A stretch of 64,000 nt of DNA from Macrostomum lignano (taxonomy: Eukaryota), in contig NIVC01003533.1 in NCBI GenBank assembly GCA_002269645.1, forward strand, positions 22,266 through 86,265, read 5' to 3'. The notes beneath the pieces were generated by a model. The model was not told the origin of the DNA. It did not search any database and was given only the letters and a program-made list of their open reading frames with translations. This document shows positions 22,521 to 34,947 of this stretch, one piece after another (position 1 is the first letter of the stretch; every line of letters begins with the position of its first letter). The position numbers were made by a program, and so were the translations under genes.

Positions 22521-23214
22521 GACAGTCTGGGAGTTTTTGAAAACAGCTAACGCAAATGAAACAATAGACACATTAAACAAGGCGACATTATCAGGCCATT
22601 AAATACAGTAAATATATTTAAACGCAACGAGCTGATCTCCAAGAGAACTGTTGGACACAAGCGGGTAAGCAAAACAACAATGTACAGGCAGATAGGTGAA
22701 TGAACACATCGACTTTCGCATTGTAACGAGTATACCGTGGACAGGGACTAAATATAGTAAAGATAAAATAGACAAATTGTCTCGCCTAATACAGATAGTA
22801 AATATACTCACTACACTAATTGAGTAGTAGAAATAATGCTAAATATATTACTAAAAGTAACCGCATGAGAATACAGAAACAAATAGTGTATGGTCCCCCC
22901 CTTTATTTTCTGTTAGTTAATAAAGATTCAATTGTGTACTGCACGGCTACTTAAGCCTAAGGAGCAATGCTTTCAATAGAAGGCATAAAAAGTACATCGC
23001 GTCCTGTTGAACAAAAGAAATGCATCACACTAGAAAATACGCTAAGGGTAGATAAGGACAAAATATCTACGAGTACCAACGTGTTATTAACTGCAATAAA
23101 AACTCACTCATTTATAATAATTTCTTTCATCCAGGATTATACAACTTAGAGCCTAAGATACTGATATACTGTATCCCGCTTTGATATAGAACTACTAAAT
23201 ACAACATGGATATT

Positions 23215-26095
23215 TAGCGATTTTGATTCTTAGTTAAGAGATTAGGATTCTTAGTTTAGAGATTTGGATTCTTAGTTTAGCGATTTGGATTCTTAGTTTA
23301 GAGATTTGGATTCTTAGTTTAGCGATTTGGATTCTTAGTTTAGAGATTTGGATTCATAGTTTAGAGATTAGGATTCTTAGTTTAGAGATTAGGATTCTTA
23401 GTTTAGAGATTTGGATTCTTAGTTTAGCGATTTGGATTCTTAGTTTAGAGATTTGGATTCTTAGTTTAGCGATTTGGATTCTTAGTTTAGAGATTTGGAT
23501 TCATAGTTTAGAGATTAGGATTCTTAGTTTAGAGATTGGGATTCTTAGTTTAGCGATTCGGATTCTTAGTTTAGAGATTAGGATTCTTAAGTTTGAGATT
23601 TGGATTCTTAGTTTAGCGATTCGGATTCTTAGTTTAGAGATTAGGATTCTTAGTTTAGAGATTAGGATTCTTAGTTAAGAGATTAGGATTCATAGTTTAG
23701 AGATTTGGATTCTTAGTTTAGAGATTTATATTCATAGTTTAGCGATTCGGATTCTTAGTTCAGCGATTAGGATTCTTAGTTTAGAGATTAGGATTCTTAG
23801 TTTAGAGATTGGGATTCTTAGTTTAGAGATTAGGATTCTTAGTTTAGAGATTTGGATTCTTAGTTTAGCCATTCGGATTCTTAGTTTAGAGATTAGGATT
23901 CTTAGTTTAGAGATTAGGATTCTTAGTTTAGAGATTGGGATTCTTAGTTTAGAGATTAGGATTCTTAGTTTAGAGATTTGGATTCTTAGTTTAGAGATTT
24001 GGATTCTTAGTTTAGAGATTAGGATTCTTAGTTTAGCGATTAGGATTCTTAGTTTAGAGATTAGGATTCTTAGTTTAGAGATTAGGATTCTTAGTTTAGA
24101 GATTAGGATTCTTAGTTAAGAGATTAGGATTCTTAGTTTAGAGATTAGGATTCTTAGTTTAGAGATTAGGATTCTTAGTTTAGAGATTAGGATTCTTAGT
24201 TTAGAGATTAGGATTCTTAGCTCAGCGATTAGGATTCTTAGTTTAGAGATAAGGATTCTTAGTTTAGAGATTGGGATTCTTAGTTTAGAGATTGGGATTC
24301 TTAGTTTAGAGATTAGGATTCTTAGTTTAGAGATTAGGATTCTTAGTTTAGCGATTAGGATTCTTAGTTTAGAGATTAGGATTCTTAGTTCAGCGATTAG
24401 GATTCTTAGTTTAGAGATTAGGATTCTTAGTTCAGCGATTAGGATTCTTAGTTTAGAGATTAGGATTCTTAGTTTAGCGATTAGGATTCTTAGTTTAGAG
24501 ATTAGGATTCTTAGTTTAGAGATTTGGATTCTTAGTTTAGAGATTTGGATTCATAGTTTAGAGATTAGGATTCTTAAGTTTGAGATTTGGATTCTTAGTT
24601 CAGCGATTCGGATTCTTAGTTCAGCGATTAGGATTCTTAGTTTAGAGATTAGGATTCTTAGTTTAGAGATTAGGATTCTTAGTTAAGAGATTAGGATTCA
24701 TAGTTTAGAGATTTGGATTCTTAGTTTAGAGACTTGGATTCTTAGTTTAGCGATTCGGATTCTTAGTTTAGAGATTTGGATTCTTAGTTTAGCGATTCGG
24801 ATTCTTAGTTCAGCGATTAGGATTCTTAGTTTAGAGATTAGGATTCTTAGTTTAGAGATTAGGATTCTTAGTTTAGAGATTAGGATTCTTAGTTTAGAGA
24901 TTAGGATTCTTAGTTAAGAGATTAGGATTCATAGTTTAGAGATTTGGATTCTTAGCTTAGAGATTTGGATTCATAGTTTAGAGATTAGGATTCTTAAGTT
25001 TGAGACTTGGATTCTTAGTTTAGCGATTCGGATTCTTAGTTCAGCGATTAGGATTCTTAGTTTAGCGATTAGGATTCTTAGTTTAGCGATTAGGATTCTT
25101 AGTTTAGAGATTAGGATTCTTAGTTCAGCGATTAGGATTCTTAGTTTAGCGATTGGGATTCTTAGTTTAGAGATTTGGGCTCTTAGTTTAGAGATTTGGA
25201 TTCTTAGTTTAGCGATTCGGATTCTTAGTTCAGCGATTAGGATTCTTAGTTTAGAGATTAGGATTCTTAGTTAAGAGATTAGGATTCATAGTTTAGAGAT
25301 TTGGATTCTTAGTTTAGAGATTTGGATTCTTAGTTTAGCGATTCGGATTCTTAGTTTAGAGATTTGGATTCTTAGTTTAGCGATTCGGATTCTTAGTTTA
25401 GAGATTAGGATTCTTAGTTTAGAGATTAGGATTCTTAGTTAAGAGATTAGGATTCATAGTTTAGAGATTTGGATTCTTAGTTTAGCGATTCGGATTCTTA
25501 GTTTAGAGATTAGGATTCTTAGTTTAGAGATTAGGATTCTTAGTTAAGAGATTAGGATTCATAGTTTAGAGATTTGGATTCTTAGTTTAGAGATTTGGAT
25601 TCATAATTTAGAGATTAGGATTCTTAAGTTTGAGACTTGGATTCTTAGTTTAGCGATTCGGATTCTTAGTTCAGCGATTAGGATTCTTAGTTTAGCGATT
25701 AGGATTCTTAGTTTAGCGATTAGGATTCTTAGTTTAGAGATTAGGATTCTTAGTTCAGCGATTAGGATTCTTAGTTTAGCGATTGGGATTCTTAGTTTAG
25801 AGATTTGGGCTCTTAGTTTAGAGATTTGGATTCTTAGTTTAGCGATTCGGATTCTTAGTTCAGCGATTAGGATTCTTAGTTTAGAGATTAGGATTCTTAG
25901 TTTAGAGATTGGGATTCTTAGTTTAGAGATTAGGATTCTTAGTTTAGAGATTAGGATTCTTAGTTCAGCGATTAGGATTCTTAGTTTAGCGATTAGGATT
26001 CTTAGTTTAGAGATTTGGGCTCTTAGTTTAGCGATTAGGATTCTTAGTTCAGCGATTAGGGTTCTTAGTTCAGTGATTAGGGTTCTTAGTGTAGC
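23215..26095. repeat. 21-bp satellite (GATTAGGATTCTTAGTTTAGA), ~2.9 kb
   Basis: Directly visible; diagnostic variant units recur at multiples of 21 bp. Confidence 0.97.
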
Positions 26096-26139
26096 GATTA
26101 TATATACGAGCTATTTATTCTTAAGCTCTTGTTAGCCAG

Positions 26140-26697
26140 TCAATTAGCCGCATGCAGCTGCACCACAGACCGGTGGCCAAAGGGGCTGGCGTACAAGATG
26201 CCCACCTGCCTATAGACGTGTTTAGTAATGCCAGCATCTACCAGATAGGTGGAGCCATAGCCAGCGTCAACGGGCACCGGTAGGCAGTACTGCAGATTAA
26301 TTTTGCACTCCAACCTAGCCGGATTTCGTTGCTGAGGACACACGCCAACAACCGGAGCCCTGTTGGAGCGGCACCACAGGGCCAGGGTGTGCTCCGGGCT
26401 GTCCGGCTCGCTAGTGGCCAGAACTATGTAGTCTAGCAGCCAGGGCAGGTCGCGGCAGCTGTGCACCACTGGACAGCCGGTGGTGCGGAACAGCTGTACT
26501 TCCTGGGCCAGCTCACTTGAGGCCGCCAGTTCGCGTTCGCTGCAGTACACGTGCACTCGAACCTCTTTATTAGCCAGGTGACGAGCCATTGATAATCCCA
26601 TTAGGCCGCGCCTGCCTGGCCCCACTAGCACGGCCACCTGCGGCAGCTGGTGCTGATTGCCCGGCTGCAGCCGGCTGGCCCCGCCCATCTGCTGCAC
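26140..26697 (-). CDS. EDC3: Enhancer of mRNA decapping 3, exon 4 (YjeF-N domain)
   Basis: MGGASRLQPGNQHQLPQVAVLVGP...ARHLANKEVRV parallels EDC3 LGGPNRLNPKNVHQRPTVALLCGP...GRHLANHDVQV. Acceptor AG at 26699-26698; AATAAA ~20 nt after the stop. Confidence 0.9.
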   Translation of the reverse strand: MQQMGGASRLQPGNQHQLPQVAVLVGPGRRGLMGLSMARHLANKEVRVHVYCSERELAASSELAQEVQLFRTTGCPVVHSCRDLPWLLDYIVLATSEPDSPEHTLALWCRSNRAPVVGVCPQQRNPARLECKINLQYCLPVPVDAGYGSTYLVDAGITKHVYRQVGILYASPFGHRSVVQLHAAN

Positions 26698-26789
26698 CTG
26701 GATTGGGTGCCAGGTTGGAAGTCAAGGTCAACTGAGGTCAGATACACAGAGCCTTAATATCAATGCTCAAAGAGTCTAAATGTTATAAA

Positions 26790-26980
26790 CTAGTTGGAAT
26801 TTGAGTCATAGCACATAAAAGCACAGCAATTTGAGTCATAGCCCATACAAGCACAGCAATTTGAGTCATAGCCCAAATAGCACTGCAATTTGAGTCATAG
26901 CCCATAAAAGCACAGCAATTTGAGTCAAAGCTCATAAAAGAACTGCAATTTGAGTCATAGCTCATAAAAGAACTGCAATT
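26790..26980. repeat. 30-bp minisatellite in EDC3 intron 3
   Basis: GCACAGCAATTTGAGTCATAGCCCATAAAA units. Confidence 0.9.
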
Positions 26981-26988
26981 CAGCTCAC

Positions 26989-27150
26989 CAGAAACTCGGA
27001 CGCGCTGCGGCCAAAAGCTTCGGCTAAGCGGGCGGCCGTTAAGCCGGCTTTATCAGCGGCAGACAGGACAGCCACCCGGAGCTCCTCGGTCACAGACGGC
27101 ACGGGGAGACCCACGTCTGTGGCAAACTGGCAGTCCACTTTGCATGGCAC
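26989..27150 (-). CDS. EDC3: EDC3 exon 3
   Basis: A 162-nt phase 0/0 exon bounded by CTCAG| and |GTGAG. FATDVGLPVPSVTEELR...GLTAARL resembles FCTDSGLVVPSISYELH...GLTLERRL. It is absent from the ORF track. Confidence 0.88.
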
Positions 27151-27171
27151 CTGAGGAGACGGAACGCGGTT

Positions 27172-28130
27172 TGGGGCGATTCTCAGTGAGATTTATTAGG
27201 GGCGATTCTCAGAGAGATTTAGTAGGGGGCGATTCTAAGGGAGATTTATTAGAGGGCGATCTCAGGGAGATTTAGTAGGGGGCGATTCTCAGGGAGATTT
27301 ATTAGAGGGCGATCTCAGGGAGATTTAGTAGGGGGCGATTCTCAGGGAGATTTATTAGAGGGCGATCTCAGGGAGATTTAGTAGGGGGCGATTCTCAGGG
27401 AGATTTATTAGAGGGCGATCTCAGGGAGATTTAGTAGGGGGCGATTCTCAGGGAGATTTATTAGAGGGCGATCTCAGGGAGATTTAGTAGGGGGCGATTC
27501 TCAGGGAGATTTATTAGGGGGGGGGGAATCTCAGGGAGATTTAGTAGGGGGCGATTCTCAGGGAGATTTATTAGAGGGCGATCTCAGGGAGATTTAGTAG
27601 GGGGCGATTCTCAGGGAGATTTATTAGGGGGGGGGAATCTCAGGGAGATTTATTAGGGGGGAGATTCTCAGTGAGATTTATTAGGAGGAGATTCTCAGTG
27701 AGACTTATTAGGGGGAGATTCTCAGGGAGATTTATTAGGGGGAGATTCTCAGGGAGATTTATTAGGGGGGGGATTCTTAGTGAAATTTATTAGGGGAGAT
27801 TCTCAGGGAGATTTATTAGGGGGAGATTCTCAGGGAGATTTATTAGGGGGGGGGGATTCTTAGTGAAATTTATTAGGGGAGATTCTCAGGGAGATTTATT
27901 AGGGGGGGGGGATTCTTAGTGAAATTTATTAGGGGAGATTCTCAGGGAGATTTATTAGGGGGGAGGGAGATTCTCAGTGAAATTTATTAGGGGAGACTCT
28001 CAGGGAGATTTATTAGGGGGAGATTCTCAGGGAGATGTATTAGGGGCGATTCTCAGGGAGATGTATTAGGGGGCGATTCTCAGGGAGATTTATTAGGGGG
28101 GAGATTCTCAGGGAGATTTATTAGGGGGGA
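27172..28130. repeat. ~26-27-bp G-rich minisatellite filling EDC3 intron 2
   Basis: GGGAGATTTATTAGGGGGCGATTCTCA-type units. Confidence 0.95.
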
Positions 28131-28135
28131 GTTAC

Positions 28136-28477
28136 CTGGATAGAGGGCGCGGCGGGAGCGGCACCGCCGGGCAGCAGGACGCTCTGGTCTGGCCGCAGCT
28201 TCGGCTCCGGCTGGGGTGGCTGGGCGGTGCGCACCAGGTCCGGCTCGGGAGTCTGGCCGCTGTCCACCATGGCGTAGAAGGCCTGCTTGTCGAACAGCGC
28301 CAGGTTGCCTTCGAAATCGAAATCATCCATCATGTCGCCGGCTGACATGCTGAAGGCGTTGTGCCTTGGCTGCTGCTTTTGGGCCGATGCATTCTGCTGC
28401 GGCAGTTTGCTGCCCCGGTAGGGGACGAATGCGCTGCCGCCATTGTTGCCGGGGACGCTGGCGCTAGTGTCTTGTTG
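28136..28477 (-). CDS. EDC3: EDC3 exon 2 (FDF motif)
   Basis: Contains DDFDFEGNLALFDK. Acceptor TTTCCATAG| and donor CAG|GTAAC, phase 0/0. Confidence 0.9.
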
Positions 28478-29010
28478 CTATGGAAACAGAGGGAAAGGAC
28501 ATTAGCAGTGCATAAATAACAGCTATAATCGATTGCCAATCTAAAGAACTAAATAGCTCGATCTGTCAATCAATCAATCTATCTATTCGAATATCTATCT
28601 ATCTATCTATCTACCTACTTCTATTTTTCCAGCTGCCTTAATCGTTTCCGGTGATCTTGTGTGCGTGCATTCAGCTTGATTGGCTGCGGCAAGCAAGCTC
28701 GAAAGAGCTCGCTTCGCTCGCTCTTTCTCGCTATCTACCATCTATTGCCAAGACCTGCACCGGAGCGGTTACGAAAATTAGATTTCTCGGTAGTTGCTCG
28801 CACTCTTTTGCACTACTTGAGTAGTCTGATTTTCGTTCGGCATGGCTGGTTCCAGCAGGTAGTTCCTCTGGATAAAAGCGCTTACCGCGCCCATTGGCTT
28901 TCCAGCTGCCTTAATCGTTTCCGGTGATCTTGTGTGCGTGCTTTCAGCTTGATTGGCTGCGGCAAGCAAGCTCGAAAGAGCTCGCTTCGCTTGCTCTTTC
29001 TCGCTATCTA

Positions 29011-29052
<42 letters not shown>

Positions 29053-29101
29053 CCTAACAGCGGGTAATCATAGCTGAATAGATATACTGTAAGCTACGCA
29101 C

Positions 29102-29629
29102 TTGTCGATATTGCTGCTCTCCAATCGGCGTCTTTCTAGTTGGAGTAACGCCTCGTTGCTGCTGCTGCTGCTGCATCGGTGAATCCTTAGGCTGCTGTTG
29201 CTTCTTCTTGTTGCTACCAGAGAAGTGCGACGGGGCCTTAACAGGCGGGCTGGAGCAAATATAAGCAGGTGTTGCATTTGGTATGCTCATCAGCTTCTCG
29301 GCTGTGCGCTGCTGCTTTGCAATAGCAGCAGCCGAAGTGGCTGAAGCTGAGGTTGCTGTCAACTGCTGCTTTTTTGGTTGTTGCTTTGCGGTTTCTGTCG
29401 AAGCAGAAGTGGTAGCGGCAGCGGCCAGAGCATCCTTGGACTGCAGCATGACAATGCTAACGATCGATGACCTGTGCAGTGTCACCTCACTGGTATCGCT
29501 GGGCAGTCCATTGCGGCTGGCATCGCGCAGTGTCACCTTCTCGTTGCTAACGTCAACAACTGTGCCAACAAATGTGCCTAGTAGTGGGCCACAGTCTAAC
29601 TGCAGCTGGGCTCCAATGAACTCACCCAT
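29102..29629 (-). CDS. EDC3: EDC3 exon 1 (LSm domain plus low-complexity linker)
   Basis: MGEFIGAQLQLDCGPLLGTFVGTV...EVTL resembles the EDC3 LSm domain (WLGSIVSINCGDSLGVYQGRV...EVTF). Donor CAA|GTGCGT. The spliced product is ~529 aa. Confidence 0.88.
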
Positions 29630-30720
29630 GCTATAGATTGATTGGAATTTACTGTGTACTGTGGAACATCAATTGATCAGGTGGATTAAATTAACTTTTC
29701 TTGGAATTCACATGAAGAGTTCTACCATAGCTTGGTTACAGGAACACACATTTCCCATATCTAGTAATAGGAGCCATGCCCACCCCCCCCCCACTTTTTT
29801 AGCAACTGTTGATTTATTTTTCTTCAAATAGAATGCTAAAATTGTTATAATTTTTTAATCCATTTAAGTATTTGCTACTTTAATATTTTATAAGAAGTGG
29901 AGACTATTGGATTACAAAATCAGTCAAAATAAAGAGAAAGAGGTTAAATCCATCTTTTTGTTTATTTGAGAAAAGTTAGATTATGCAAGTTATCTAAACT
30001 TGTAACTAGGTATTTTGCATTTATGTCATTAAGTGAATATAATATAAGTTTGTTTTTTGTTAGGGTCTATTAATAAATGAATCCCTTTAACTACTATCTA
30101 ATATATAACAATGTTAGCTGAATAATTGTTTCTCTAACACTTTTTCTTAACCTTTTATCTAACCAATTCCCCCTAGTCATTCTGTTTTTAAACAAAAATT
30201 ACCTTGCAAATCTCAAGGGATTTTGACCAAAACTTTTATAAATTTCTAAACCAGTTAAGTATTGCTTTATTTAATTTTGTTTATTTACAATTACAGAGTT
30301 GTGATCATTTGAATTTATATTTTCCAATCTAAATGAATCTAGCCAACTACTTGCCAACCATAGTGTCCAGTGAATATCTCTGCTTTTTTTTGGTTGGCAT
30401 TTCATGAGGGTTCTTTATAGGTTTATAGTTTATATGTTAAATATTCTGGGACAGTTTAAAACAATCTGCACAATGAAAACAATAAAATCAGTCTGATTTC
30501 TTTTCTTAAATATATTAATCTTTTAATGAAACTTTTCAAATATATATATGAAATATAAATCTTAACAAAACAACTATAAGCTAATATTATGAAACACCTG
30601 TTATTACTAAAATAACTATACTTATGAATTTTTTAATTTTTCATCAAAAATAAAATGTGTCTATCACAAAAGCAACTTGGTTACTTGTCACCAAAACTAC
30701 TATTTATTACTATGCTTGGG

Positions 30721-30872
30721 CGCAACCTAGGGATTCACCTGGCCATCTCTATTGGCAACACAGATGTAAGTCACTATTGGATGAAATAGTAGTCACATGA
30801 CTACTCTTAGCCAATAGTGACTTACATGTGTGTGTTGCCAATAGAAATGGCCGAGTGATTACCAAGGTTACA
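30721..30872. mobile_element. Short fold-back (MITE-like) palindrome
   Basis: GGCCATCTCTATTGGCAACACAGATGTAAGTCACTATTGG is nearly the reverse complement of CCAATAGTGACTTACATGTGTGTGTTGCCAATAGAAATGGCC, with an inner AGTAGTCA/TGACTACT stem. Confidence 0.6.
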
Positions 30873-33800
30873 CATGTATGTTTGTTACCAAAACATCTGT
30901 CACTGAAACAACTTAACACCAACTCATTGAAACAACTGGTACCCCTAATATCTATCTTATTATTTTAAAATCTTATTATATAGACTAGGATTTCAAATAT
31001 ATATAAATTGGAATTGACATGCTTTAAGAATTTGGGTTTGCTTGGATCTGGGTCTGAAGATCTTAGAATCTTACTGCTGCCACCAGTGTGGGAACCGTAG
31101 GATCTTCAATGAAGGGGTCTGTTAGGGTTCTATGCAAATAAATAATGCTAGAACAACTAGTCTAAGAGATTTCAATATGTCTAAGTGACAGGACTCAATC
31201 GTGGCAAATGGCCTAAGTGACGCAGTCCTGGCACTGACAAATGTCTGCGCTTAAGCGTGTAGAGTTTAACTCTTACAGGACCCTAACTCCTACTAACCTA
31301 ATAGCTACATCTTGCGTAGATAGGTGGCAAGGAATAGGTCTATGTGCCTGAAGCAGCAATAGACTCATGCTAACTAAGCTATCAGCTATTTCTTAGAATT
31401 GCGCACGTGTTGCGACTGCACAATCACTTTCACTCTTATATTCATGCCTATGTCGCAAATAGACAACAGCAGAATGGCTTTAGTTAACTTTCCTGCCAAT
31501 TTCCTGCCAATAGAGTAGGCTGGAAAACCAGAGCTATAGCACTAGCAATGCTCTACCAAGACTTGCTTAGGAGCTTGCTTTCTGCTTGAGCACTATAATA
31601 CTCTACCAAGACCTGCTCAGGAGCTTGCGTCTGTTTCTAGCGATGCCTTGTTCTACCAAGACCTGCTTAGGAGCCTTGCTTTGCTGTTAACTAGTGCTAA
31701 AGTTCTAGACTTGGAGAAGGCTCTTGACAAGTCTTCACGAGGCAGTTCTAAGGAGAAATTCAGACAAACAGCCTGCATGCATTGATATAGAATGTGGAAG
31801 GTGGAGTGTTTGGGATTCCATGGCTTGACCATGGAACAGCAGCCCAAAAAGTGCAGATAATAATGCACAATAGATATTGATTAAACATGGGAGAGAGTAG
31901 CTTGTTTAAGCACCAACAGTTGCTTCAAGCCACTAGTGAAGACAGCATGCCAAATTTAGGCTTGTGCGCATAAGGCTATAGAAGGGGAGGGTTTGGCTTG
32001 GGATATGGGGTCTACAAAATGCCGAAACCCTTAGTCTAAAAATAGAATGACGTATTAAGAGAGGCTTAGACAGTGGAGGAAAGAGAGAGAGCAGAAGGGG
32101 AGAGGGTCTAAGAAGTGCAAAAGGGGAGGAATGTAGCTAACTAGACTTGTGTACATTGGGCGATTGTACGTGGCAAGCTAGGCAACAATAGTATAGGCAA
32201 GTACCAAATTTGGCAGCTTCTACTAACTAACACTAGGCTAGAAATACTTCCTAATTTCTTATGTTAATGAGCCTCATTATGATGGCTTAATTGCACAATA
32301 TTGTGCAATTTCTTAGCACCAAGGAAGGCTACTTAGAGTGCATGGAAGCAGTAGAAAATTCCTATTCCAGATACTAACAGTGGATAGAAGTGCCTAAGAT
32401 GACTGTGGCCCTATGCTTGTAGCAGAAGGCTGCAGCCACACCAGAATTTAGAATCTGGGGCTGTCTTATTAAATTAAAAAAAACAAAATAAAAATAGAAC
32501 TGTATAACTTTTTTATTATTTGTAAGACAAACTGTAAGACAAACTAATGTAAGAAAACTTACTTAAAAACCTTTAAATAATATAGAGAAATTATACTAGA
32601 AAGGTATATTTATTTAGGCCTATTATATTAAATAGGCCTAATGGCTACATGGCATCATGGCATGGGAATAAGAAGCAAATATATAGGTCAATGCCTATCT
32701 ATGGCTGTGCAAATATATAAAATAATTTAACAAAAGGAAAACTATCAATTCTTTATTTAAAAAGAAAAACTTATAACATGAAAAGAACAGAAATTGATGA
32801 TTAGGTTTGCGAGACCTTTCTATTTTACTAACATTTAGAAAAATGAGATGTTTAAAATTGCACCCAAGCCATGCCCATGCCCAGCCGCAGTCCCATAGTC
32901 ATAGAATGTTCTTCTGGATTGGTGAATTTCCCACTAGGCCTCTCCCTTTAAACTGACCTAAGCTGAACTACATGAGTTAAACTGAACCTTAAAACTGAAA
33001 CGATCTAATTCTTGAACTTTCAGAACGATCAGAAAGTGACAGAAACTTTCAGATCGACCTGACACTCGATAACGTGTTACATTTGCGACTTGCTCCCTAT
33101 TATCTGTTCTGTCACTTATGAGTTCTGTCACTTATTAAGTTACTTAAAAGTTATTATTTTCTACAAAATTTTTTGTCATTTTGAGACCTAGACTTCTCAT
33201 CGTTCTAGAAACTTCCAGCGTGACTAAGCTTGTCTTCGAGTATATTTCTAGAAAGTTCTATTCGTATTTACGCGTGTTTTCCGGAATTTTCCGGATGCGC
33301 AAATTTTCTCAAAGGAAAAGCAAAGTGACACAGATATGTGAATCTGAATCATCTCCAGTTGAATCATTTAGGAGGAGAATAAAATATTTCTGAAGTAAAA
33401 GAGCGTAGTGGCACTGCATTCGCTCGCGGCAGCTGCAATTGGAGAGGAAAAATTTAGAAGCTTTTTGGAGTATATCGAAGTTCGAGCAGGACCAGAAGTT
33501 CCAGGAATCAGTAAGTAGTACAAGTTGCCAACCTGACACGAGAGCCGAGCGACCAAAACCTTTTAACTTTCAACCGTTCAAATTTTCAGCAGATCACATG
33601 CCTAGCCAATTCATTCTTTACGAAATCCATGTGAACGTCAGAACAGGCAAGATCGCATCTATTGTTCTTCACACAAAATCAACTATGGTACAGCTGCTTT
33701 CGACTCGGCGAATCTGGTTAGTAGCACCTTGATGTAGGCCAAGAACCCTTCAATTAGCTGTATACAATTCATTGCTACCTTCGCCAATGAGGAGAAAAAT

Positions 33801-34093
33801 GAGTGAAACAAGTGCCATTTTATAACGTTCGCATTGATGTCTGGAAAGTCAACAGTCGATTATACCGCCGTTTTTAATGCATCAGAAGAAATTTTCAGAC
33901 GATTTTGAGCTCACACAGCCTGCCTAATGGGACTTCGAAGCCACTTCATGGCAGGCGATGCGCTCTGTCTTTCCCACCGCAAGGCTGCAGGGATGTCTAT
34001 AGTAGAAAAATATTATACTTTTTTGCGATTGAATTCGTCCAAACTGCAAAACCTTTCGTCCACAAATGCTTTCTTAATGGGAGCTAAATTTAG

Positions 34094-34265
34094 ATCATAC
34101 CAAAGACAACTGTGTTCACGCAAAAAGGTTCACGCAGCCGGCCACTCCGAGTTCGAATGTCGCCCTCGAGTTCGGGGAGAATCCGCAGGCTCGACTGGCT
34201 GAAGCCGAGCTGTGGCGCAGGTTCTACCGGCTGGGAACGGAGATGGTGGTGACTCGGGCTGGACG
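34094..34265 (+). CDS. T-box transcription factor, N-terminal T-box exon only
   Basis: LAEAELWRRFYRLGTEMVVTRAGR followed by CG|GTGAG, the conserved T-box intron position before RMFP. The 5' boundary is tentative (TTTAG| at 34093). The exon is absent from the ORF track. Confidence 0.8.
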
Positions 34266-34269
34266 GTGA

Positions 34270-34947
34270 GACTGGGGTGTGGGATCTATTGCAGACTGGG
34301 GTGTGGGATCTATTGCAGACTGGAGTGTGTGATCTATTGCAGACTGGGGTGTGTGATCTATTGCAGGCTGGGGTGTGGGATCTATTGCATACTGGGGTGT
34401 GGGATCTATTGCAGACTGGGTGTGGGATCTATTGGAGACTGGAGTGTGGGATCCGTAATCGATAATAAAGTGGGATCTATTGTAGATGGGTGTGAGATCC
34501 ATTTCAGACTGGGGTATGGGATCTATTTCATACTGGGGTGTGGGATCTATTGGAGGCTGGGTGTGGGGATCTATTGAATATTGAGTTGTGGGATCTGTTG
34601 GAGACATGGGATGTGGGATCTGTTGGAGACATGGGGTGTGGGATCTGTTGGAGACATGGGGTGTGGGATCTATTGGAGACTGAGACTGGGGTGTAAGATC
34701 TATTGTATGCTGGGTGTGGGATCTATTGCAGACTGGGGTGTGGGGATCTATTGCAGACTGGGGTGTGGGATCTATTGCAGACTGGGGGGTGTAGGATCTA
34801 TTGCAGACTGGGGTGTGGGATCTATTGCAGACTGGGGGGTGTAGGATCTATTGCAGACTGGGGTGTGGGGATCTATTGTATGCTGGGTGTGGGATCTAGT
34901 TTATACTGGGGGTAGGCTCTATTGGACACTGGGGTGTGGGATCTATT
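34270..34947. repeat. 24-bp minisatellite (CTGGGGTGTGGGATCTATTGCAGA)
   Basis: Begins right after the T-box donor site. Confidence 0.95.

Noticed and set aside
31000-32450. CpG-poor region with a triple ~56-bp repeat, possibly a decayed element
   Set aside because: No termini or protein motif could be identified.
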